Below are positions 56,996 through 64,000 of a stretch of DNA of 64,000 nucleotides, one piece after another. The notes beneath the pieces are model-generated. The model was not told where the DNA came from, made no database searches, and was given only the letters and a program-made list of their open reading frames with translations. This stretch comes from a virus (Duplodnaviria > Heunggongvirae > Uroviricota > Caudoviricetes): the IMG/VR virus record IMGVR_UViG_3300037455_000372, positions 267,710-331,709 of that record; one strand, 5' to 3'. The translations under genes were made by a program, and so were the position numbers. The first letter of the stretch is position 1. Each line of letters begins with the position of its first letter.

Positions 56996-58027
56996 ATGTT
57001 TTTTAAAGCACTTATCAACAATGTGAAGCACTTATTCACAAGAAATCAACAAAAGCCTACGGATTCCAATAACCAGTCTCCGTGGGACAACCTTACTCTG
57101 GGCGACCGTATGAAGCTGTACGAGTCGTTCTTCACCGGCAACAACTTCCCCGGAAAGTACCCGCATTGGCCGTCGCGCCACTGCGTCCGTATTCCGGGCG
57201 GATGGCCGATGCGCCTTGACGGCTATACCGACGTTCCGGCTGGATTCTATCCAGTTGTCCGTGTCGACGGCCACTGCTTCAGCAAGTTCACCAAACAGTT
57301 CACGAAGCCTTACGATATGCGCATTGTGGACGCTATGAACGCGGCCACTATGGCTTTGGTTCAAGAATTCCACGCTATCATTGGCTACACGCAGTCTGAC
57401 GAAATCACGATCGTCCTTCCCCAAGATACGGAAATGTTTAACCGCAAGTGCCAGAAGATTGCTACCCTCGCCGCGTCCACTGCAGCAGTAGCGTTCTACA
57501 ACTGGTTGGTCTCTACCGGCTACAGCGGAAAGCTCCCTGCGTTCGACGCCCGTGTATTCGGCGTACCAAACCGCGACGAGGTGGCCAACTGCTTGATCTG
57601 GCGCGAACGCGATGCTATCAAGAACTCCATCAGCAACGTGGCGCAGCAGCCCAAGTTCTACAGCGCGAAACAGCTTCTCAGCAAGAACAGCGACCAGAAG
57701 ATTGCTATGCTCGCCGAAAAGGGTTACGACTTCTGGAAGGACACTCTGCTCAACTACGCTCGCGGTACCTACTTCAAGCGCATCGTGACTACGCGTCCGT
57801 ACACTCCCGAAGAAATCGAACAGCTTCCGCCTAAGCATCAGGCGCGTACGGCACCGGAAGGAACCGTCCTCTGCACCCGTGCGAAGATAAAGGCTATGCA
57901 TTATCCGCTGGTTGCCCACATCGCCAACCTCCCGGATGTCATCTTCGACAACGCAGTCCCGGTATTCAAGGAAGGTCTCAAGGACATCCACGAATTCGAA
58001 ACTAGGGATTACCCGGATGATGTTTAA
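56996..58027 (+). CDS. tRNA(His) guanylyltransferase Thg1-like protein
   Basis: LGDRMKLYE, RVDGHCFSKFT, YTQSDEI, FDARVF, WRE.DA.KNSI. Confidence 0.92.
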   Translation: MFFKALINNVKHLFTRNQQKPTDSNNQSPWDNLTLGDRMKLYESFFTGNNFPGKYPHWPSRHCVRIPGGWPMRLDGYTDVPAGFYPVVRVDGHCFSKFTKQFTKPYDMRIVDAMNAATMALVQEFHAIIGYTQSDEITIVLPQDTEMFNRKCQKIATLAASTAAVAFYNWLVSTGYSGKLPAFDARVFGVPNRDEVANCLIWRERDAIKNSISNVAQQPKFYSAKQLLSKNSDQKIAMLAEKGYDFWKDTLLNYARGTYFKRIVTTRPYTPEEIEQLPPKHQARTAPEGTVLCTRAKIKAMHYPLVAHIANLPDVIFDNAVPVFKEGLKDIHEFETRDYPDDV

Positions 58028-58190
58028 GAACGAGAAACAAAAGGACCAGTTTGTCCTTGCGTTTGCAGTTGTATGGATTGTGGCCAACTTGCTTGGCTAC
58101 ATCCTTTTCAACACTTGGAGCCTACCTAACGTGGTTATGGTTGTCATCTTGGCCGTAATCGTATATATCGACCATAAACAGAGACAATAA
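58017..58190 (+). CDS. small two-TM protein
   Basis: hydrophobic 57 aa, coupled to next gene. Confidence 0.55.
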   Translation: MMFKNEKQKDQFVLAFAVVWIVANLLGYILFNTWSLPNVVMVVILAVIVYIDHKQRQ

Positions 58191-59032
58191 TGCTCACCTA
58201 CTTCATATCAGACCTCCACTTGGACGCGTGGTGTCCCCTTACAACGAACAAGGGGGTTCTACGCAAGTCGTTTGAGGAACTTTATGGCCGATATTTCATT
58301 CCGGCTGAAGCGGTTTCTATCGCTGGCGATATCGCCGACGATGACTTCACGTTCGTCGCGTTCTGTGAATTTATAGCGGAGAAGTACAAGCAAGTCTACA
58401 TCATCTTCGGAAATCACGACTTAACCGTCCGTGGGTCGTTCGGAGACGTGGATGGCTTTATGAATTGGAAAACCACCGAAGACAAGTTGGCCTGGATCGA
58501 GATTGCGCTGAGTGCCTATCCCAACGTGCATCTGCTGGACGGTAACGTGGTGGACGGATTCGGCGGTACGATGGGTATGTGCGACTTCACCTACGACCGA
58601 TACGAGGGGAGACCCTATGACACGGTAGGGACGTGGCATAACGAGTGGTATGACGGTCGTCACTGGAACTATATGGGTCAGGACCCCATCAAGATTTGGG
58701 AGTCGGAGAAAGCTAAGATGGACGACCTAGTAAAGGCCGCCCCGAAGGTTATGCTTACGCATTTCTTCCCTACGCAGATGGGAATACAGCCGCAATTCGT
58801 CGATACCTACAAGACGGCTTGGTACTGTTTTGACGGAGCAAAGTTCCTTGAACAGCTTCCGGAAACCACTATCTGGCAAGCCGGACACACGCACGGCTGC
58901 CTTGACACGAACTGGGTTGATAAAAACGGAAAAGGGCATCGCATCATATGCAATACCCTTGGACTTCCTCACGAAAAATTTCCGTTCGTTTCCTTCAAGG
59001 AAGCCGAGACCTTCCTAATCGACGTAGTGTAA
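58190..59032 (+). CDS. metallophosphoesterase
   Basis: SDLH, AGDIAD, FGNHD, THF, GHTH. Confidence 0.88.
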   Translation: MLTYFISDLHLDAWCPLTTNKGVLRKSFEELYGRYFIPAEAVSIAGDIADDDFTFVAFCEFIAEKYKQVYIIFGNHDLTVRGSFGDVDGFMNWKTTEDKLAWIEIALSAYPNVHLLDGNVVDGFGGTMGMCDFTYDRYEGRPYDTVGTWHNEWYDGRHWNYMGQDPIKIWESEKAKMDDLVKAAPKVMLTHFFPTQMGIQPQFVDTYKTAWYCFDGAKFLEQLPETTIWQAGHTHGCLDTNWVDKNGKGHRIICNTLGLPHEKFPFVSFKEAETFLIDVV

Positions 59033-60304
59033 CTTGTAGTGGACCGTACTGCGGCCAATAGTGGTAATCAATTCCTTGGTTAACATATTGGCCTTTTTCG
59101 TATACTCGGCTTCGACCATTTCGCGATACTTCTCGCCGAACTCGCTGCCTTCCTTGACACCCGATTCCTTGAGACGTTCGGAAATCTTCTTGAAGTCCGG
59201 CTTGTTCTGGGAAAGGAACTTGGCGATTTCGAGCTGCTGATAGAAGTCGTCGGAGAAGTGGAAAGGTACACCGTACCAAAGCACGTTCTTGTAGTCGCCT
59301 TCGACGAACTCGACCAGCTTTGTCCAAGTCCAACCGTACGGCTCAATCGTTTCGAGATAATCCATAAAGTAACGGTAATACTTGTACAGACGAGCTTCGT
59401 CGCGAGTCGCGCAGAGCCGCTTCAACGTCTCTTCCGGGTCGAATGACTTAATCGCAAGCAAGGGAACCAAGTTGTCCTTGTTGACGGAAGCAGACACCCC
59501 AGTATCCTTGTTGTAACGGTACAGCTTAGGAAGGGAGTCGGTCAGGATGGACGGAGTAATCAAGCCCAGAGCCGAAACATAAGGAAGAACGTGGTTCATT
59601 TCCATCAGCTGGACGAATACTGCGAAGTTTCCCTTCTCGGCTACGGTCACGAACTCCTTGCGGATGCGTTCTGCAGACAGTTTCTTGACGCGGTATGCCT
59701 CGTCGCCCATAGCCCTGCGAGTGTCGTCATCGATCTTGTAATCGAACACGACCGCGAAACGCAACGCACGAATAATGCGGAGTGCATCCTCGGAGAAACG
59801 GTCGTTAGCATTTCCGACCGTACGGATGATCTTGTTCTTAATGTCGTCCACACCACCGAAGTAGTCGATTACGTTCCCATCCGCATCGAGACCCAATGCG
59901 TTAATGGTGAGGTCACGACGTGACGCGTCTTCCTTGAATGTCTTGGCGAAAGTCACGCTGTCCGGATGGCGACCGTCGGAATAGTCGCCGTCAGTGCGGA
60001 ACTGGGTTACTTCGTAGGGGAACCCATACAATTCATCGCCGTAGAGAACCAAGATGGTACCGTGAGACTCGCCGTTGTTGCTGCGAGTCTTGAAATGCTT
60101 CTGCAATTCTTCGATAGGCATATTCGTGGCGATATCCACGTCGTGGAGGTTGGTTGTAACGGTCTGTCCGAGTTCGTATTGAATCATATCGCGTACGCAA
60201 CCGCCCACGGCGTATGCCTCGTAACCGAAGCCGTTGATTTCCTTGACCAGCTGCATAGCCATATTCAAGCAATCGTTTGAATACTTGTGAATGTTGATTT
60301 GCAT
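59015..60304 (-). CDS. cca: CCA-adding tRNA nucleotidyltransferase
   Basis: VGGCVRD, DVDIAT, FRTDGDYSDGRHP loop, RRDLTINA, RFSEDALRIIRALRF. Confidence 0.88.
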   Translation of the reverse strand: MQINIHKYSNDCLNMAMQLVKEINGFGYEAYAVGGCVRDMIQYELGQTVTTNLHDVDIATNMPIEELQKHFKTRSNNGESHGTILVLYGDELYGFPYEVTQFRTDGDYSDGRHPDSVTFAKTFKEDASRRDLTINALGLDADGNVIDYFGGVDDIKNKIIRTVGNANDRFSEDALRIIRALRFAVVFDYKIDDDTRRAMGDEAYRVKKLSAERIRKEFVTVAEKGNFAVFVQLMEMNHVLPYVSALGLITPSILTDSLPKLYRYNKDTGVSASVNKDNLVPLLAIKSFDPEETLKRLCATRDEARLYKYYRYFMDYLETIEPYGWTWTKLVEFVEGDYKNVLWYGVPFHFSDDFYQQLEIAKFLSQNKPDFKKISERLKESGVKEGSEFGEKYREMVEAEYTKKANMLTKELITTIGRSTVHYKLHYVD

Positions 60305-60413
60305 AATTACCTCGACGCCAAATATAGGAATTTTTTACCCACTTGTCAATACTTTATTTACGTCATTGACAAAATCGCTGCAAATTGCTATATTGAAGCC
60401 AAAAGAGGTTTAA

Positions 60414-60560
60414 ATGGACACGAATAATACGACAGACACGCCGTCATATCCGCTGCATCACGAAGACCCCATTATCCATCCAGTCGGAGCCAACATAGCC
60501 AAGAAAGACTATAAGCCCGACGAACCGCTTGCGAATGAGGAGTCTACGGACAATGCTTAA
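60414..60560 (+). CDS. 48 aa hypothetical peptide
   Basis: promoter TTGACA(60366)-17-TATATT, GAGG RBS. Confidence 0.5.
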   Translation: MDTNNTTDTPSYPLHHEDPIIHPVGANIAKKDYKPDEPLANEESTDNA

Positions 60561-61386
60561 ATTTTTTATCGATATCGAGGGAACCGTTCTCGATGACTTG
60601 AAGTCGCGCAATTTCCTTACGTTCAACTGTTCCCAGATCGCGAAGCTCATTGCCGACCGCACAAAGGACAACCAAGACTACCGAGTATTCATCTATACTT
60701 GGGGTTGGAAGACCCTCAGCGACATCGACAACGACCTTCTCTTGAAAATCCTAGATGCAATCAAGGTCGACGCCGAACACTATGGCCGCGTCTACACGAA
60801 GCTTGACGCGATCGAGAGGGTCGCGAATACTCTCTGGGACAACTTGCTGACCCTCAACTTGGTCAATGCTCCGGAAAACATCGACGAACTCCGTGAAAGG
60901 CTGCTCCAGCCCGGCGCGATGGCTCAATACGGTTACACGAAGGTATCGGTGGCCGAAGATTTTGCTAAGAGCTACAAGGGTAGGGACCATATCATTCTTA
61001 TCGACGACCTTGTCACGGTGACTGACGAGAAACATCCGCACTACGAGCTGGAAGTATTCAATCCGAGCCGTCTCGCAATCCGTATCGACAACGAGATTGA
61101 CCCCACAGTAACCCTTTATTCTCCGGACGGTCAACCCATCGGAGAAATCAAAAACTCGTCTGCGCTGGACAACGTGCGCGTCCAGATATGCAAAAACCAT
61201 TACACCGGCTTCTATTTCAAGTTCAATGGCCAGAAAATCCATATTGACGGTAACGGAAATGTCGAAGACTGGCCTAAAGGCTGCTTCGACTATGGAATAC
61301 AGGCCGCCGGTGAATTGTTGTGCAGCGCAAAGTCGCTCAATGAACAAATCGAAGATTATAAGAGACGGAAGGAATCCAATGTCTAA
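60553..61386 (+). CDS. HAD-like protein
   Basis: FFIDIEGTV, IYT, ILIDD motifs. Confidence 0.6.
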   Translation: MLKFFIDIEGTVLDDLKSRNFLTFNCSQIAKLIADRTKDNQDYRVFIYTWGWKTLSDIDNDLLLKILDAIKVDAEHYGRVYTKLDAIERVANTLWDNLLTLNLVNAPENIDELRERLLQPGAMAQYGYTKVSVAEDFAKSYKGRDHIILIDDLVTVTDEKHPHYELEVFNPSRLAIRIDNEIDPTVTLYSPDGQPIGEIKNSSALDNVRVQICKNHYTGFYFKFNGQKIHIDGNGNVEDWPKGCFDYGIQAAGELLCSAKSLNEQIEDYKRRKESNV

Positions 61387-61945
61387 AGTTGCAATTTATC
61401 CCGGATCGTTCAACCCGGTCACAATCGGCCATCTCGCCATTATCCACAAGGCGGCTCGCCTTTTCGACAAGCTCATCGTCGTGGTTGCAGAAAACCCGTC
61501 GAAGACCTACAATATCGCCGCCGAACAGCGAATCAAGTGGATCGAAACCATCACAGCCGACATTCCGAACGTGTATGTAGCGTTGCTGCCGTCCGGCACG
61601 CCGCTCGTCGACTTCGAATACCTTGGTACCCGTCCGAACTACATCGTGCGCGGTCTCCGCAACGGATCCGACCTGATGTGCGAACTGGCGCAGCAGTATT
61701 ACAACGACGTGCTCGCCGACATCAGCCGCCACAAGGAAACCGTGTTCCTCACGGCGCAAGCTTTCAACGAAGTGTCGTCCACCTATCTGCGCGAGGTCGC
61801 GAAGCTGGTCTCGTATGAGAAGTTCGCGATGGTGTTCGGCTGGTCTGACGCGACTTCCTACAAGGTGATTCCGCCGGACAACTTGAAACCATACAACGAC
61901 ATCCTTTATCAGGTATACGAGGCGTACAATGGCAAGCAAAAGTAA
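61379..61945 (+). CDS. coaD: phosphopantetheine adenylyltransferase
   Basis: AIYPGSFNPVTIGH, NPSK, IVRGLR..D..E, ETVFL, VSST. Confidence 0.88.
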   Translation: MSKVAIYPGSFNPVTIGHLAIIHKAARLFDKLIVVVAENPSKTYNIAAEQRIKWIETITADIPNVYVALLPSGTPLVDFEYLGTRPNYIVRGLRNGSDLMCELAQQYYNDVLADISRHKETVFLTAQAFNEVSSTYLREVAKLVSYEKFAMVFGWSDATSYKVIPPDNLKPYNDILYQVYEAYNGKQK

Positions 61946-62540
61946 GTTCGTGATAGTGACCGGCGAAATCGGTGCCGGTAAGTCAACCGTATGTAACCAC
62001 CTCAGTTCGCTCGGCTACCGTGTCGTCAAGTCCGACGATGTCGCGAAGAAGGAACTCTATAACTGGCCGAAGGTTCGCCATAAACTGGCCGAAGAATTCG
62101 GCAACGATGTAATCAACAGCGACAACACGCTTGACATCCGTAAAATCAAGAAACGCCTGTTCGACGAAAATTACCGCAAGGCATATATCCGATTCGAAAC
62201 CTATCTCACCGACTGCTTCGCTGAATATCTCCTAGACAACGAAACCGACGATCTGGTCTTTGTCGAGATTCCTCCGCTTGAACCGAGCATAAACCTCGCG
62301 AAACGTCTGAACATCTGTAACACGTTCTTCATCCCGGTTGAAAAGGATGAACAGTCGAAACGCCTCCGTCATCGTGGTATGACCAGTGCCGAGGTGTTCG
62401 AACGCCTTGTTCTGCAGTCCGAAGAATTCGTCAAGAATCTCCCCGGTTATGTGAAACTGACCGGAACGTCCCAGAACTACGGCGAGCCGTACCAGCGTTT
62501 CGCTGCCGAAATCATTGACCACATCCAGAAGGGAAAATAA
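61929..62540 (+). CDS. coaE: dephospho-CoA kinase
   Basis: TGEIGAGKST, SDDVAK, FG, EIPPL.E, RL..RG...R...Q. Confidence 0.82.
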   Translation: MASKSKFVIVTGEIGAGKSTVCNHLSSLGYRVVKSDDVAKKELYNWPKVRHKLAEEFGNDVINSDNTLDIRKIKKRLFDENYRKAYIRFETYLTDCFAEYLLDNETDDLVFVEIPPLEPSINLAKRLNICNTFFIPVEKDEQSKRLRHRGMTSAEVFERLVLQSEEFVKNLPGYVKLTGTSQNYGEPYQRFAAEIIDHIQKGK

Positions 62541-62541
62541 T

Positions 62542-62904
62542 ATGTCCAGTAATACCGTTCTTGCCTTTATCGTAGGCGCAGCGTGTGGTGCCGCCGTGAC
62601 AGCCGGTATCATCGCGTTCTCCGACCCCACTCCGAAACCGGTATGCGCAAACGAGGTGTTCACGATTTGCCTTTATGAAACCCAGAACGGCGTGTTTGGC
62701 GAAGAGCACGTGACGAAGTCCGGCAAGGGTATCTGCAAGACTTACCCCATCAAGGAATACATCGTAGAGACGATGCACAGCCCGTTCTACGGCAAGCGCG
62801 TTGTCAAGCGCAGCGACCCGACGGAAACCTATATGTACAAGTCCAACGACTATATGAGAGCTGATATAGTCTGTACAGATTCCATCAAGCCGAAGGAGCC
62901 GTAG
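62542..62904 (+). CDS. membrane-anchored hypothetical protein
   Basis: N-terminal TM; start reassigned to MSSNTV. Confidence 0.6.
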   Translation: MSSNTVLAFIVGAACGAAVTAGIIAFSDPTPKPVCANEVFTICLYETQNGVFGEEHVTKSGKGICKTYPIKEYIVETMHSPFYGKRVVKRSDPTETYMYKSNDYMRADIVCTDSIKPKEP

Positions 62905-62905
62905 G

Positions 62906-63385
62906 ATGTCGATTGATAACATTGTCGATTTCGAGATTGTCTTTATGAACTGCGACTCGGTTATGATTGACCCAGCCGCCGTCGTTTCGATGTCGTTCGA
63001 GGTGGAAAGCGAAAAGTATGAATGGAACCCTAAGAACCAAAGAATCGACTACGAACGGAACTTGAAATCTTTCAAGATGACGCTTGACCTGAACCGCTCG
63101 CAGCTGTTCCGCAGACGCTATATCACTGGGATGTTCGGCGAAGGCGTCGACAGCAGAAACGCAGACGGCGTGGCCGCCATTGAACGCCTCAAGTCCTCGT
63201 CCGACATTACGGCCATCTACATACAAGGCACGAAGTATTCTATGCCTATCAAGTGGAAGGTCGACGGCGGCTCCGAAATCAACTTGCTGCAGACCACGTC
63301 CGTTCTGACGACGACCGGAGGCTGTTACCAGCTGAACATCGACATCATCCCGGAATCCGAGTACGGGAAGATTTGCGTTTATTAG
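62906..63385 (+). CDS. hypothetical protein
   Basis: AAGGAG RBS; 159 aa. Confidence 0.7.
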   Translation: MSIDNIVDFEIVFMNCDSVMIDPAAVVSMSFEVESEKYEWNPKNQRIDYERNLKSFKMTLDLNRSQLFRRRYITGMFGEGVDSRNADGVAAIERLKSSSDITAIYIQGTKYSMPIKWKVDGGSEINLLQTTSVLTTTGGCYQLNIDIIPESEYGKICVY

Positions 63386-63671
63386 ATTTCTTCCTCTTGC
63401 GCCTACGCTTCTCGGCCTCCGGGTCGACCATACCGGCCTCATACATTAGTCGACCGCACTGTATGGCCATCGCGATGCCCATAGGCGAAAGACCTTGCAT
63501 ATTCTTTATTCTCGCTCTCAGATACTCGATTCTGGCTATATTGGAAAATTTGGATGGATCGGTGGTCGCCAACGACCACCTTTTCCATATCTTCCGGGCT
63601 GCTGCCGCCATAGCGACTACTACGAGCACATTTTTAACGAGCTGGATCATTTCGTAAGTCCACATAACCAC
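63345..63671 (-). CDS. basic hypothetical protein
   Basis: ORF overlapping upstream minus ORF; start may be 63650. Confidence 0.45.
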   Translation of the reverse strand: MVMWTYEMIQLVKNVLVVVAMAAAARKIWKRWSLATTDPSKFSNIARIEYLRARIKNMQGLSPMGIAMAIQCGRLMYEAGMVDPEAEKRRRKRKKSNKRKSSRTRIPG

Positions 63672-63999
63672 GGACCGATGGCCGTGTGTCTACACCGCAG
63701 TCCGGCATACGGACAAGCAGTTCGGCGTTGAGGCTGTTTATTGCCATCTGACGAAGCGTTTGCATCATCCCAAACGTCATATCGGAGGGAGTCACGTTGG
63801 AAAGATTAGTTTTTCCTTGCGGACACATAACAAAGACTCTCCAAAGTGTTCCTAACCGGTTGCATACCAGAGCTAGACTATTGTTGACACTGTATATTAT
63901 GTCGTTACGCTGGGCTTCCGTAATGTGGTCACATTTGTATATCCCGATAAATTTAACGACTCCGCATCGTCTGACACATATAAAGAAGGCATCGCGCTT
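63634..63999 (-). CDS. hypothetical protein, truncated at window end
   Basis: frame of the 63828 ORF stays open to the right edge. Confidence 0.5.
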   Translation of the reverse strand, partial: KRDAFFICVRRCGVVKFIGIYKCDHITEAQRNDIIYSVNNSLALVCNRLGTLWRVFVMCPQGKTNLSNVTPSDMTFGMMQTLRQMAINSLNAELLVRMPDCGVDTRPSVRGYVDLRNDPAR

Positions 64000-64000
64000 C

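Noticed and set aside
59015-60304. Poly(A) polymerase call
   Set aside because: Has the CCA-type flexible loop (Y.DGR.P) and lacks the PAP-specific GRRF signature.
1-64000. Stop-codon reassignment as in Lak or some crAss-like phages
   Set aside because: Conserved enzymes are full length in code 11, and TAG, TGA and TAA all end genes at expected positions.

Overview
A gene-dense, roughly 50% GC, standard-genetic-code segment that reads like the accessory/metabolic arm of a large (probably jumbo) dsDNA phage. Evidence: ThyX, NAD-dependent ligase, dUTPase, dTMP kinase, SLT and amidase lysins, a holin-like gene, an HNH, and many short orphan ORFs behind strong sigma70-type promoters. No capsid, terminase or polymerase gene lies in the window, so phage origin is an inference; a giant plasmid is not excluded. 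It carries an unusually rich set of host-type functions: NAD+ salvage (pncB, nadD-Nudix, pncA, pnuC), ADP-ribose reversal (macrodomain, NADAR), tRNA end-processing (Thg1-like, CCA-adding), CoA synthesis (coaD, coaE), a pspA / P-type Ca2+ ATPase / terD x3 block, a galactofuranose glycosylation set (glf, two DUF4422/GT111, a DHHW-like gene, a GT-A) and a Sau3AI-like C5 methyltransferase split by an intein. The most striking unexplained element is an operon (11026-15350): a radical SAM enzyme followed by five translationally coupled, otherwise divergent proteins that all begin MET(F/L)RxG(S/T)FETNSSSxH. Also noted: two candidate structured ncRNAs, two promoter classes, about ten apparently leaderless genes, and apparent strong CATG avoidance. 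No tRNA, rRNA or CRISPR array was seen. All family calls come from motif recognition by eye, not database searches.
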